Assembly: GCA_045536935.1 (NCBI GenBank)
Contig: JAZSOO010000027.1
Span: forward strand, 41,418 to 105,417
Source of the DNA: Eubacteriales bacterium
GTDB taxonomy: Bacteria > Bacillota > Clostridia > Oscillospirales > CAG-382
Length of the DNA stretch: 64,000 nt
Direction: 5' to 3'
How positions within the stretch are numbered: position 1 is the first letter of the stretch; every line of letters begins with the position of its first letter. The position numbers and the translations under genes were made by a program. Positions 45,256-55,638 of the stretch are shown here, piece by piece. Under the pieces are notes generated by a model. That model saw only the letters and a list, made by a program, of their open reading frames with translations. It did not search any database and was not told the DNA's origin.

Positions 45256-46621
45256 TGCTGAATTTTTAAATAAAATCAAAGATTACTTCAAACTCTTGCC
45301 TTTTGAAATAAAAGGCAAGAATTTGTGTGTATGCCTTTCGGGTGGGGCAGACTCGGTTTCGTTGCTTCGAGCTATGCATTTTTTAAGCGATGAATTGCAA
45401 TTTGAATTGACTGCATGCCATTTTAATCATATGATTCGTGGACAAGAAGCCGACGAGGACGAGAATTTTTGTAAGAATCTTTGTAATACGTTAGGTATAA
45501 AGATATATTGCGGCAGAGACGATGTGCCGCTCTATGCAAAAACCGAGAAAAAGTCTATTGAAGAAGCTGCCAGAGAGTGCAGGTATTCTTTTTTTCAACG
45601 TATTTCCGAAAAAAAGAATATAGATTATTGTCTTACGGCACATAATATGAACGACGATGCCGAAACATTGTTGTTTAATCTTATCAGAGGCTCGGGTTCT
45701 AACGGAGCATCTTCGATTTCTTTATACAAAGGGACTGTCTTGCGGCCGCTTTTAAAGGTAAGCCGTGAAGAAATTGAAGCATTTCTGGCTGATTTATCCC
45801 AAGAATACGTAACCGACAGCACAAATTTGTCGGTTGATTATACAAGAAATTTCATAAGACGTGTATTGATGCCCGAAATCGAAAAAATCAATCCATTGTC
45901 GGTCAAATCACTTTCCCGATATGCGGATTCTGTTCGTGCCGACAGAGATTATTTTGACGAGATCGTATCCTTAAATCTTGATACAGATCTAAGAACTCTG
46001 CCCGAAGCTATCAGAAGACGTGTTCTTATAAGAAAATTTAATGATTTTTCTTGCGGTCATTTGAATTATGAAATTATAAAAGAAATCGATAAGCTGATTT
46101 TTGAAGATAAGCGTAGTGTGATTGCGGTTTATTCGCAATATGAAGCTGTTATTTTTGAAGGCAAGATCAGTTTTTATAACAAATCAGACAATATAGAATA
46201 TGTCTTTGAACCAATCGATCTATCTTTCGGAGAAAATAGCATCTTTAACGGAAGAGTTGAAATTATAGTTGATAGGCAAGAAAATACTCAATCGAAGAAT
46301 TTTAACAAATTATCCATAGCTGACAAATTTTCTTTTGATAATATTGTTGGTAAGCTTCGTGTTAGAAACCGTTCCGTTGGTGATAAAATTTGTATTCACG
46401 GTATTAATAAGAGCTTAAAAAAGCTGTTTATTGACAAGAAAATACCAAAAGAATATAGAAATATTATTCCGGTTCTGTATGACGATTCAGGGATAGTTTA
46501 TGTGCCATTCGTTGGTATTGCAGACCGTGTATTCCCAAAGAATCCGAAAGAAAAAGTATATATTACAACAACATTTAATACCATAGACAAAGAAAGGTGG
46601 AAAAACGCCTATGAAAAATAA
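45242..46621 (+). CDS. tilS: tRNA(Ile)-lysidine synthase
   Basis: PP-loop CLSGGADSVSL and a TilS C-terminal domain. Start set at ATG 45242, overlapping the dnaB stop. Confidence 0.88.
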   Translation: MNRFSAEFLNKIKDYFKLLPFEIKGKNLCVCLSGGADSVSLLRAMHFLSDELQFELTACHFNHMIRGQEADEDENFCKNLCNTLGIKIYCGRDDVPLYAKTEKKSIEEAARECRYSFFQRISEKKNIDYCLTAHNMNDDAETLLFNLIRGSGSNGASSISLYKGTVLRPLLKVSREEIEAFLADLSQEYVTDSTNLSVDYTRNFIRRVLMPEIEKINPLSVKSLSRYADSVRADRDYFDEIVSLNLDTDLRTLPEAIRRRVLIRKFNDFSCGHLNYEIIKEIDKLIFEDKRSVIAVYSQYEAVIFEGKISFYNKSDNIEYVFEPIDLSFGENSIFNGRVEIIVDRQENTQSKNFNKLSIADKFSFDNIVGKLRVRNRSVGDKICIHGINKSLKKLFIDKKIPKEYRNIIPVLYDDSGIVYVPFVGIADRVFPKNPKEKVYITTTFNTIDKERWKNAYEK

Positions 46622-48671
46622 AGGTCCCGGAAAGATCTTACTGTTTTATTTGGTTTTCTTTTTGATAATCATTTTCATTGCGAATGCTTTCGCAGGTGCT
46701 AATAATAAGCAAGAAGAAATCGAATACAGTAAAGTCGTCAAAATGTTCCAAAACGAGGAAGTAAAAAGGTATTATATTGACAATACAGGAATCCTTTATT
46801 TGTCCTCGAAGGAAAACGACAGCGGAAAAATTGATGTAAAAACCTTTGAATATATGCATTCGCTTGCTGATATCGAGCAGTTCAGAACTGATTTGGGCGA
46901 ATTGATCATTGCTCAAACCGAAAAGGGAACGTTGCAAAGATATGACTATCAAGCTCCGGCAGTGCTTCCTTGGTGGGCTGCATATCTGCCGTATTTGATC
47001 GTTATTATAATCTTGCTTGTCGTATTTTGGCTCTTTATTTCTCGTACCTCTAAGAATAGCAACGGCGGCGGTGGTTTTGGTCTCGGCGGAAAGATGAATT
47101 CCTTTAGTAAAGCGAGAACAAGACTCGGAAGTGACGAAAAGAAAAAAGTTTTGTTTACTGATGTCGCAGGTGCAGACGAAGAAAAGGAAGAGCTTGAGGA
47201 AGTTGTTGAATTTCTTCGCAACCCCAATAAATTTTCCGATCTCGGCGCAAGAATCCCCAGAGGTGTTCTTCTCGTAGGTTCTCCCGGTACGGGTAAAACT
47301 TTGTTGGCTAAAGCTGTTGCGGGTGAAAGCGGTGTGCCTTTCTATTCGATCTCCGGTTCGGACTTTGTAGAAATGTACGTCGGTGTTGGCGCATCAAGAG
47401 TTAGAGACCTTTTTGAAACGGCAAAAAAGACAGCTCCTTGTATAATCTTCATTGACGAAATCGACGCAGTCGGTCGTCACAGGGGTGCAGGACTTGGCGG
47501 CGGTCACGATGAACGTGAACAGACATTGAACCAGCTTCTTGTTGAAATGGACGGATTTGGCGTTAACGACGGTGTTATCGTTATTGCCGCAACCAACCGT
47601 CCTGATATACTCGACCCTGCATTGTTGCGTCCCGGCAGATTTGACAGACAGATAACCGTCAATCTTCCCGATATTAAAGGCAGAGAAGAGATTCTTAAGG
47701 TGCACTCGAGAGGTAAGCCTATCGGAGCAGACGTTGATTTGGCAGTAATTGCAAAATCCACCTCCGGTTTCAGCGGTGCAGACCTTGCAAATCTTCTTAA
47801 CGAAGCTGCTCTTCTTGCGGCAAGAAAGAAAAAGACCGTCATCAACGTTGATGACATCGAAGAAGCTACGATCAAGGTTATCGTTGGACCTCAAAAGAAA
47901 TCTTTGATCATCACACCCGATGAAAAGCTTAAGACCGCTTATCACGAAGCCGGTCATGCGATAGTCACCAAATTGGTGGGAACTCAAGATCCCGTTCATC
48001 AAATTTCGATAATTCCCAGCGGACGTGCGCTTGGTTATACCTTGTCCTTGCCCGAAAAGGATAAGACAAGTGTTTATAAGATCGAGTTACTTGATAATAT
48101 CTGCACACTCCTTGGAGGTCGTGCGGCTGAAAAGCTTATGTGTGACGATATTTCGGGCGGTGCATCTAATGATATCGAACGTGCGACCGATATCGCTCGT
48201 AAGATGGTTACGAAATTCGGTATGAGCGACGTTCTTGGTCCTGTGGTTTACTCCGCAGAGAATTCCGAAGTCTTCCTTGGTAAAGATTTCGGTACAACAA
48301 AGAACTATTCCGAAAAAATCGCAGAGCAGATCGATGCTGAAATTTATAATTTTGTAAATTCCGGATATGAACGTGCGATTAAGATACTTGAAGAAAACAA
48401 AGAAATTCTTACTTTTATTGCAAATTATCTTGTTAAGAACGAGATTATGGATGCAGAGCAGTTCGAACTTTGTTTTATTGAGGGTGTAACCGAAGAAATG
48501 CTCGATGAAGTTGCTGACAGAAAGAAAAAAGCAGCAGAAATCGAAAACCAAAAGAGAAGAGAACTTCTTGAGGAATCTAAAAAAGAGAAAAAGGCAAAAA
48601 TAGATTCAGATAACAACGGACAGACCTCTGTTGAAGAAGTTATTTTTTCCGACGATATATTAAACAATTAA
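46611..48671 (+). CDS. ftsH: ATP-dependent zinc metalloprotease FtsH
   Basis: 686 aa. Two TM helices, AAA+ Walker A GSPGTGKT, Walker B IIFIDEID, zinc site HEAGHA. Confidence 0.97.
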   Translation: MKNKGPGKILLFYLVFFLIIIFIANAFAGANNKQEEIEYSKVVKMFQNEEVKRYYIDNTGILYLSSKENDSGKIDVKTFEYMHSLADIEQFRTDLGELIIAQTEKGTLQRYDYQAPAVLPWWAAYLPYLIVIIILLVVFWLFISRTSKNSNGGGGFGLGGKMNSFSKARTRLGSDEKKKVLFTDVAGADEEKEELEEVVEFLRNPNKFSDLGARIPRGVLLVGSPGTGKTLLAKAVAGESGVPFYSISGSDFVEMYVGVGASRVRDLFETAKKTAPCIIFIDEIDAVGRHRGAGLGGGHDEREQTLNQLLVEMDGFGVNDGVIVIAATNRPDILDPALLRPGRFDRQITVNLPDIKGREEILKVHSRGKPIGADVDLAVIAKSTSGFSGADLANLLNEAALLAARKKKTVINVDDIEEATIKVIVGPQKKSLIITPDEKLKTAYHEAGHAIVTKLVGTQDPVHQISIIPSGRALGYTLSLPEKDKTSVYKIELLDNICTLLGGRAAEKLMCDDISGGASNDIERATDIARKMVTKFGMSDVLGPVVYSAENSEVFLGKDFGTTKNYSEKIAEQIDAEIYNFVNSGYERAIKILEENKEILTFIANYLVKNEIMDAEQFELCFIEGVTEEMLDEVADRKKKAAEIENQKRRELLEESKKEKKAKIDSDNNGQTSVEEVIFSDDILNN

Positions 48672-48677
48672 AAAAAT

Positions 48678-48709
48678 CTCTGTCGCAATTTTTGCGACAG
48701 AGCATTTTT
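48678..48709 (+). terminator. rho-independent terminator of ftsH
   Basis: CTCTGTCGC-aattttt-GCGACAGAG followed by CATTTTT. Confidence 0.75.
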
Positions 48710-48710
48710 C

Positions 48711-48744
48711 GGGGTCCCCAAGAAGTTGTTAGACTTCTTGGGGT
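48711..48744. repeat. GGGGT-CCCC...GGGG hairpin element, copy 2
   Basis: GGGGT then CCCCAAGAAG-ttgttaga-CTTCTTGGGG (10-bp stem) followed by TG. Compare 32304-32337. Confidence 0.45.
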
Positions 48745-48807
48745 GATTCTGTATAAACTCCTATTATTGCGTCAAACATCTTTATAAATGATAGGAGGTT
48801 GTACATT

Positions 48808-50010
48808 TTGGAATTGAACGAAAAAAAATTAACTAAACGCTTTGTATGGATAGTTTCGGCGGTTATATTTGTCGTCGCAGCCTTGTTTTTAACGGTGTTA
48901 TCACTTATATTAAACAATGAACCGACAGATGAAGAATTCTCTGACACAACGTCGCTTAACGAAGTAAGTACAAAAGATGTTTTTGCAGAGAAGGAAGAGA
49001 ATTCCTTCGACAGCAATAGTTTTGACAGCTCGATAGAAGATGTTTCGGACGACAATTCTATTAATGATGAAGAGCTGATCACTCACGGCTGGGTAATTAA
49101 CGAATATGGATATACCTATCTATACGACGCTGCGGGATATGAACAATTTACGTATTCCAACTTTACGTTAAATAGGTTTATTGACAGTATAAATACCTGT
49201 TCTGATATATTTTCCGAAGGCACAAACATATATAATATGGTTGTTCCTGTGAGCGGTACGTTTGTTTCGATCCCGAGAGAAGTATATACCGAAGATGAGT
49301 TTTATAACAAATCGCAAACAACTTTTGTTTCGACAATTTCTTCAAAGCTTGATTCTAAAATTAAAAATATACCTATCGTATCTTTACTTGAAGAAAAATA
49401 CGATAACGGCGAGTATGTATATTTCAGAACGGACAGGAATTGGACCCCATTAGGCGCATATTATGCGTATACTCAATTTTGCCGAGAGCTTGATATTGTT
49501 CCTCTCGAATTAGATGAATTTGAGCAACAGTCAATTTCTGATTTTCTCGGAAGCTATTATAACGCAACGGGTTCGGATATCTTATATGATAATCCTGACG
49601 AAATGGTATTTTATTCATTGCCCGATTCAATTGAAACCGAATTGACGGTATATGATTCGGACGTAATGTATTTTGATTACACACTTTGCGATAATTACGT
49701 GTATTCTAATACGGCATATAATGTTTTTTTGGGTAGGGAAGCTGAGAGATATGAAATTACGACAAATTCGGAAGGCGGTCGTCTTTTGATTGTCGGTGAC
49801 AGTTCTGTGTTTCCGATAATACCGTTCCTTTCTTGTCATTACAGTAAGATCGATTTCATATATCCCGAAAAATTCAACGGTGATTTTAAAGAATTTGCAA
49901 TTGAAAAAGAATATAACGATGTTTTGTTGATGTGCTATTCTACAAATGCCGTTAACGGCAATTATATTCCGTCTTTAAATAATATTTCAGGAGTTCAAAC
50001 CAATGGATAA
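48808..50010 (+). CDS. DHHW-family (SGNH/AlgX-like) protein with variant motif
   Basis: N-terminal TM anchor and an acidic linker. YFRTDRNWTPLGAYYAY aligns with the family's TDHHWT..GAY.AY signature but reads DRNW. Start probably TTG 48808, 9 nt after AGGAGG. Confidence 0.65.
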   Translation: MELNEKKLTKRFVWIVSAVIFVVAALFLTVLSLILNNEPTDEEFSDTTSLNEVSTKDVFAEKEENSFDSNSFDSSIEDVSDDNSINDEELITHGWVINEYGYTYLYDAAGYEQFTYSNFTLNRFIDSINTCSDIFSEGTNIYNMVVPVSGTFVSIPREVYTEDEFYNKSQTTFVSTISSKLDSKIKNIPIVSLLEEKYDNGEYVYFRTDRNWTPLGAYYAYTQFCRELDIVPLELDEFEQQSISDFLGSYYNATGSDILYDNPDEMVFYSLPDSIETELTVYDSDVMYFDYTLCDNYVYSNTAYNVFLGREAERYEITTNSEGGRLLIVGDSSVFPIIPFLSCHYSKIDFIYPEKFNGDFKEFAIEKEYNDVLLMCYSTNAVNGNYIPSLNNISGVQTNG

Positions 50011-50770
50011 AACTATATTAAGCGGGTTTGTTTCGGTAAAGAGCGTTATCGAAACGAAAAGCCGAGAGATCTACAAGATCTATATTGAAAAAGACCGTTA
50101 TGACAAGGTTATGCGTTCAGATCTTCGTGTGCCCGAACAGCGTCAATACAATGCTTTGTTGAATTCGGGCGCCGAATGTTGTTTTATCAACTCCGAAGAA
50201 TTTGAAGCTTTGGTTAGTAATTCAAATGCAGGCGGTATTGCGGCTGAAGTAGGGGAGAGAATATTTACTCCTGCCGAAGAGGTCTATGCTCTTCGGAACG
50301 GTTACATAGCGATGCTTGACGGCATTGAGGATCCTTTTAATTTTGCGTATGCGTTGCGTTCACTTTATGCAGCGGGCGTTGATGCGGTGATTTTGCCCGA
50401 ACGAAACTTTTTCACAGCAAGCGATACCGTAATACGTTCTTCTGCAGGTGCATCGGAATTGATAAAAGCTTGTTGTGTTCCTGATTTAGCGGAAGCTTGC
50501 AGAATTTTAAAGTCAAAAGGTTATGAAATCGCCTCTACTGCAAAGAATGCAAAGGCCAAAGATCTTTATCGTTGCAAGATCAAAAAACCTCTCTGCGTTG
50601 TTTTTGGCGGTGAGAAGAGGGGGATCAAGCAAGAGATACTTGATCTGTCCGATCAATGCATAAAAATTAAATATCCTCGCAATTGCCACTATTCTTTGCC
50701 CGCTTGCAGTGCAATTTCAATTATTGCATTTGAATGTGCAAAGAAGTTTGAATCATCCGGCAGGAGGTAG
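50003..50770 (+). CDS. TrmH/SpoU-family RNA 2'-O-methyltransferase
   Basis: 255 aa with SPOUT C-terminal motifs VVFGGEKRGI ... IKIKYP ... SLPACSAISIIAFE. Confidence 0.8.
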   Translation: MDKTILSGFVSVKSVIETKSREIYKIYIEKDRYDKVMRSDLRVPEQRQYNALLNSGAECCFINSEEFEALVSNSNAGGIAAEVGERIFTPAEEVYALRNGYIAMLDGIEDPFNFAYALRSLYAAGVDAVILPERNFFTASDTVIRSSAGASELIKACCVPDLAEACRILKSKGYEIASTAKNAKAKDLYRCKIKKPLCVVFGGEKRGIKQEILDLSDQCIKIKYPRNCHYSLPACSAISIIAFECAKKFESSGRR

Positions 50771-51364
50771 AATTATTTCGGGTATTTCTCCGACGATCAT
50801 AGTTTCTGCAATAATTAATGTATTTTCCAATTCGCACGTCAAGTTTTGAAACGGGGACATACAGTTTACTTTTGTATAGAAAGTCACTATGATCCTGTGG
50901 ATAGTTTGATTGATTCCGCCGCTTATTAATTGACTTTCTATTTTATAATCTACGGCACCGCTTTTTATGATATTTACTGACAGTTTCGGGCCTTTTCCGG
51001 CAAAAAACTTTGAGCCCATAATATTTGTAACAGGTATTCCGTATTTGTTTTCCGATTCACGTATAACTTCGTGGACAGATATCGTTATATCGCTTGCTAT
51101 GAAGTTTAGCTTTTGAGTATCAACTCGGATTGCTGATATTTTACCGTCATTTAAGTAATTATAAGATACGATTTCTTTGAATGAAATATTCTTCTTTTGA
51201 ATATCATTTATTATTCTTTTGTTTATATCTTCGTTAAGTTCACCTTTGATTGTATTATTTAAATATTTTTCCGATTCGGTAAAATAATTATTGCTGAAAA
51301 GTACTATAAGAATCACCGAAAATATAACCAGAGGAATTAATATATAAAATAGTAGCTTTTTCAT
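50753..51364 (-). CDS. yunB: sporulation protein YunB
   Basis: 203 aa with an N-terminal signal anchor. The layout (...GKISAIRVDT...GIPVTNIMGS.F..G.GPK....I...G) matches my recollection of YunB. Confidence 0.65.
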   Translation of the reverse strand: MKKLLFYILIPLVIFSVILIVLFSNNYFTESEKYLNNTIKGELNEDINKRIINDIQKKNISFKEIVSYNYLNDGKISAIRVDTQKLNFIASDITISVHEVIRESENKYGIPVTNIMGSKFFAGKGPKLSVNIIKSGAVDYKIESQLISGGINQTIHRIIVTFYTKVNCMSPFQNLTCELENTLIIAETMIVGEIPEIILPPAG

Positions 51365-51460
51365 TTTTTCACCCCGATATATTATATTACTTAAGTTATA
51401 TAAATTTTCTTTTATATTAATACCACATAAAAAGAGAAGATATTAAATACGAGGGTTGTT

Positions 51461-52063
51461 ATGAATTATTTACTTGTTCTTACATACGGAATAAGTCTTT
51501 CAATGGATGCATTTGCCATAGCTATATGCAAAGGCATTGCTCTTGGAAGAGCCAGAATGATCGATGCTGTGAAGGTTGGATTGTATTTTGGTATTTTCCA
51601 AGGTTTAATGCCGTTGATAGGATATGCATTGGCGAATTCATTTCGAAGTTACATAGAGAATTTTGATCATTGGGTTGCATTTTTGTTGCTTTTCTATATT
51701 GGTTTTAATATGATCAAAGAAAGCCTTGACGGCGAAGATGAACCAAGTGACGGGGCGCTCTGTTTTAAGAAGATGATAGTAATGGCTATTGCGACAAGTA
51801 TTGATGCGTTGGCGGTTGGTATTGCATTTTCGTGCGATGGTATGCCCACGAGATCCAGCGGTGTATTGCTTGGCATATATGCATCGTGTATCTTGATCTG
51901 TTTGACTACATTTGTATTATCGGCTATTGGTGTTAAACTTGGTAAAATATTAGAGAATAAATTCAAATCAAGAGCAGAATTTGTTGGTGGTATTGTATTG
52001 ATTCTCTTGGGCGTTAAAATTCTTATTGAACATTTAACGGGAATATCAATATTCGGTATATAG
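51461..52063 (+). CDS. mntP: manganese efflux pump MntP
   Basis: 200 aa with the duplicated DUF204 motif SMDAFAIAI ... SIDALAVGIAFS, and six TM helices. Confidence 0.85.
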   Translation: MNYLLVLTYGISLSMDAFAIAICKGIALGRARMIDAVKVGLYFGIFQGLMPLIGYALANSFRSYIENFDHWVAFLLLFYIGFNMIKESLDGEDEPSDGALCFKKMIVMAIATSIDALAVGIAFSCDGMPTRSSGVLLGIYASCILICLTTFVLSAIGVKLGKILENKFKSRAEFVGGIVLILLGVKILIEHLTGISIFGI

Positions 52064-52074
52064 AATTAAAACAA

Positions 52075-52110
52075 AAAGAAAAAACGGGCTAAATGCCCGT
52101 TTTTATTTAT
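52075..52110. terminator. bidirectional terminator
   Basis: AAAACGGGC-taaat-GCCCGTTTT flanked by A-run and T-run. Sits between convergent mntP and the lipoprotein gene. Confidence 0.8.
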
Positions 52111-52122
52111 GGGATTATAAGC

Positions 52123-54531
52123 TTATGCCGGTTCACCGAAGATCTTGTAGTAAACTGCTTTCACCTTATCTTCGAAAACAAATTCATACCAAGTTTCGTA
52201 TTTGGGTTCACGAATGATTTCGGTTTTGGGTTCTTCATCGGTTTCGCCTTCGGAAGTTTCTGTATCGCTTTCAACTTCAACTTCTTTTTCTACAAGGTAA
52301 CCGATCTGAAGAAGTATGTTTTCTTCGTCAAGTGCAAGGAGTTCTTTGTTTTCCTTAATGAAGTCGTTTACAGAAGATTCGAGAGCTTTGTTGATATCTT
52401 CATACATCTTTTCGGTGTAAGTTCCGATTTCTTCGGAAATCTTTTCATCAACCTTTGCAAGAATCTTTGCGGGAGCATCATATTGGATGCGGTCATTAAG
52501 GTCTTTCTGATATTTGTCAGAGCTTACGAGTTTGGAATATTCTTTGTTGTACTCGGAGGTGCCTATGATCTTTTCAACTGCATCGGAAATTTCGATTTCG
52601 ATAAGGCTTTCATAAACGCTGTTTACGAGTTCATTGAATGCTTCTTCGGGATAGAATCTATCGAAGTTTTCGTCAATGTATTCGTCGGTCATCGTATCTT
52701 CTACCATTTGAGTGATTTCATTTTCGGTCGCAAGCGGATTTTCGAAAGTGAATTTTTCGGTTAATTCTGTAATAAGAGAATTAAGAACGTTATTGTAACA
52801 TTCTTCGTAAGTGCTTTCTTCTGCATCTTGTTTGAGTTGTTCGGATTTAGAAGCAATTACACTGTCACGAACCTTGTTAGCAAACATGGGTTTAAGAACG
52901 TTTTCAACGTAGTGGTTGTTGAGTTCTTCGGTTATCTGCTTTTCAACTTCGCTTTTTGCATTAGAATACAATGCATTATAGTCAAACTGAACAGCGGTAC
53001 CTGCCATAAGGGAAGGATAGTATTTATCAACAACGCTGTTTATAATTGCGTAATAATCGGGTTCGGCAATTTCTTTTCTGACAGTAGTCGTTATTTTTTT
53101 ATCGGGATCGTCAGGATCTTCAACTTCGATGTCTGTGGTATAATAGAACTTCTTGGGAGAAGATGTAAATCCGAGAGAAGGAGAAACGATAGCTTCTGTA
53201 TTCTGGTTTGTTGCTTCTAACCATTTATTGGGATTTTCTCCCTTGAGAGTATATGTGATGAAGCGGTTGCCGACGTAGTCGGGGTTGATGAAATATGTGC
53301 AATCATCGGTTCTTTCAACCTGGTCATCATCGTTAAGAGTATAGTGTTCGTTTTCTATACCGTAGGTGAGAAGATTCATAAGCTGAGAATCGGTGTTGAT
53401 CGCAGTAATGATCTTCATAACGTCGGTAAGTTCGTTGGAAACAACGTATTTAGAAACGCAGAAGATGTTATCTATAGCGGTTTCGTTTGTAGCAACAGGA
53501 AGGGAATAGAGGCTGTAATCATACTTGTAGCCGGTTCCTTCAAGACGCTTTTCGATTTCATCGGTAGTGCCGGTTTCAATACGAACTGCATAACGAGTTT
53601 TGTCGTCTGCTTTATCGTCTGCGTTTGCATCGGCAAGATATCCGAGAGCCTTATATCTTGCAATCATCGAAAAATAGTTCTTGAGTTTGTTGTTCTTGTA
53701 TGCATCGTAAACGGTCTTGTTAGAAACAAGAGCAGGGAATCCTTCGTTTGCGAGGAATTGAATGTCTGTGGATGCTTTCGTATTCTTAAGAGGAACAACG
53801 TTGGGTTCGTTTGCTTTTATGGTTTCAAGATAACCCTGAAGGTCTTCAAGCGATCTGATGGTTTTGGGGTCGATAGAATATTTTTCAAGGAGTTCTGCAT
53901 CAAAAGCAAGGTAAGTATATTCGCCGATAGCGTTATTTACGGGGATACCGTAAGTTTTGTTATCAACCTTAGAACCGGTGAAAAGGGTGGAGTGAATATA
54001 AGATTTAAGCTGTTTAGCTTCGTTTTCAAGCTTTTCATCAAGTGCGGTAAGCTTACCCTGAGAAGCGAGTTCATAATACTTGTCGTAACCTCTTACAAGG
54101 AAGATGTCAAGGCGAGGTTCGTCCATAGGAACGTCCTTGCCTTCTTCAAGTATGTCGAGGATACGGTCGCCCGTCATGATCTCTTCGGATGTATCGGAAC
54201 CGTCGCTGCTTTCGGAAAGAACAAGAGTGTTGTTTTTCTTTGCAGCCTGATATTCTTCCATTTCTTCGAATTTTGCGGAAATGAGCTTGTCATATTCAGC
54301 TTCGGTAACCATTTCGAGATTGAGAATAACGTGCAGACGGTAGAAAAGGATACGGTTGAGGGCGAGTTCTACCTGATTGATTGCTTCAGGTGTGGTTTTT
54401 TCGTCAACAATCGTATAAAGGGTATATATGCTTGCTTCTGTACCGGTAAGGTCAGCTTCTTGCGAACAGGATGCGAACATCGGCGCAAGCAAAAGAAGTG
54501 ACAGAAGAATACATAAAATGCCTTTTTTCAT
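52123..54531 (-). CDS. large (802-aa) secreted lipoprotein, possibly solute-binding-like
   Basis: Signal peptide plus lipobox MKKGILCILLSLLLLAPMFASC. The rest is acidic and rich in E/D/K/Y/N. No partner permease genes are adjacent. Confidence 0.7.
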   Translation of the reverse strand: MKKGILCILLSLLLLAPMFASCSQEADLTGTEASIYTLYTIVDEKTTPEAINQVELALNRILFYRLHVILNLEMVTEAEYDKLISAKFEEMEEYQAAKKNNTLVLSESSDGSDTSEEIMTGDRILDILEEGKDVPMDEPRLDIFLVRGYDKYYELASQGKLTALDEKLENEAKQLKSYIHSTLFTGSKVDNKTYGIPVNNAIGEYTYLAFDAELLEKYSIDPKTIRSLEDLQGYLETIKANEPNVVPLKNTKASTDIQFLANEGFPALVSNKTVYDAYKNNKLKNYFSMIARYKALGYLADANADDKADDKTRYAVRIETGTTDEIEKRLEGTGYKYDYSLYSLPVATNETAIDNIFCVSKYVVSNELTDVMKIITAINTDSQLMNLLTYGIENEHYTLNDDDQVERTDDCTYFINPDYVGNRFITYTLKGENPNKWLEATNQNTEAIVSPSLGFTSSPKKFYYTTDIEVEDPDDPDKKITTTVRKEIAEPDYYAIINSVVDKYYPSLMAGTAVQFDYNALYSNAKSEVEKQITEELNNHYVENVLKPMFANKVRDSVIASKSEQLKQDAEESTYEECYNNVLNSLITELTEKFTFENPLATENEITQMVEDTMTDEYIDENFDRFYPEEAFNELVNSVYESLIEIEISDAVEKIIGTSEYNKEYSKLVSSDKYQKDLNDRIQYDAPAKILAKVDEKISEEIGTYTEKMYEDINKALESSVNDFIKENKELLALDEENILLQIGYLVEKEVEVESDTETSEGETDEEPKTEIIREPKYETWYEFVFEDKVKAVYYKIFGEPA

Positions 54532-54729
54532 TGGGCGGTCCTCCTAAAAATCGGTTATTTATACACCTCGTATTATACAACTTTCTATGTCTTATGTCAA
54601 GGATAATGTAATAATTTTACCTATTAAATATCATATTTATTAAAAGTTTTTTTATAAACATAAAAAGTGGTTTTTCGCTATTGAATTTTAAGAATTTTAA
54701 AGATATAATAACTGCCTGAGGTGTGATTT

Positions 54730-55299
54730 ATGAATGAACGAAAAATCAGGAAAATGATAATGAATTCCATTCCGCTTATTAGCGATAGAATTATGTTAAG
54801 ATACATTGAGATTTCCGATGCGTACGATATGTATGAATATGCTTCCATCCCCGAGGTCTCCGAGTATTTATTGTGGAGCCCGCATATTAATCTTACCGCT
54901 ACGAAAGGTTATATAGAATTTCTTTGCCAGAGATATAAAAAAGGACTTTATGCCGACTGGGCATTGGTCCTTAAAGAAACGGGAAAGATGATCGGAACCT
55001 GTGGATTTGCTTCTCTCGATTTGAAGCAAAATGAAGGTGAGATCGGATACGTACTTTCGCCTTTTTACCGTAAAAAGGGATATATGACAGAAGCGGTTGA
55101 TATGCTTTTGTGTTTTTCGTTTGAAAATATCGGTCTTGAAAAAATAAAGCTTAGAATTATGAGCGAAAACGCCGATTCTATAAGGCTTGCGGAAAGATTC
55201 GGATTTACGAAAAAAGAAGTGACGTATATGAACGTAAAAGACGTTGAACGAGAGATCGTTCATTACGAATTACTCGCAAACGAATACAAACAAAAATAA
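54730..55299 (+). CDS. GNAT-family N-acetyltransferase (RimJ/RimL-like)
   Basis: 189 aa with LRYIEISDAYDMYEYAS, GEIGYVLSPFYRKKGYMTEA, and NADSIRLAERFGF. Confidence 0.8.
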   Translation: MNERKIRKMIMNSIPLISDRIMLRYIEISDAYDMYEYASIPEVSEYLLWSPHINLTATKGYIEFLCQRYKKGLYADWALVLKETGKMIGTCGFASLDLKQNEGEIGYVLSPFYRKKGYMTEAVDMLLCFSFENIGLEKIKLRIMSENADSIRLAERFGFTKKEVTYMNVKDVEREIVHYELLANEYKQK

Positions 55300-55342
55300 A
55301 AAAATGAAGCAACCTTTTGGCTGCTTCTTTTTTCGTGTTTGA

Positions 55343-55531
55343 TTAAACGGCTCTGTTAACCTTGCCGCTTCTAAGGCAACGAGAGCAAACGTTAACGTGC
55401 TTTACAGTGCCATTGAGATTAGCCTTAACTTTTCTGATGTTAGGCTTCCAAGTTCTGTTGGTTTTTCTGTGGGAGTGAGAAACGTTACAACCGAAAGTAA
55501 CGCCCTTTCCGCATACTGAACATTTTGCCAT
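55343..55531 (-). CDS. rpmB: 50S ribosomal protein L28
   Basis: MAKCSVCGKGVTFGCNVSHSHRKTNRTWKPNI... is canonical L28. Confidence 0.95.
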   Translation of the reverse strand: MAKCSVCGKGVTFGCNVSHSHRKTNRTWKPNIRKVKANLNGTVKHVNVCSRCLRSGKVNRAV

Positions 55532-55638
55532 CTATTCCACCTCCAAAAGATTTTGCGTAAAAATTCGAACACCTTAATATATAACACTTTTTTGCATTTG
55601 TCAAGTGTTTTTTTGATTTTTAAACAAAATAATGTGTA

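Noticed and set aside
48729-49082. 117-aa minus-strand ORF overlapping the start of the DHHW-family gene
   Set aside because: It is a serine-rich, low-complexity antisense translation of the acidic linker region. It has no RBS and overlaps the GGGGT-hairpin element.
51365-51460. Expected yybP-ykoY (Mn2+) riboswitch upstream of mntP
   Set aside because: The 96-nt AT-rich interval shows no conserved paired elements or a four-way-junction-like arrangement, so no riboswitch is called.
52093-54501. Plus-strand ORFs 52093-52764, 52828-53220 and 53344-54501 opposite the 802-aa lipoprotein gene
   Set aside because: Their composition is F/V/C/N-rich and they lack starts with an RBS. The minus strand has a textbook signal peptide and lipobox and one uninterrupted 802-codon frame.
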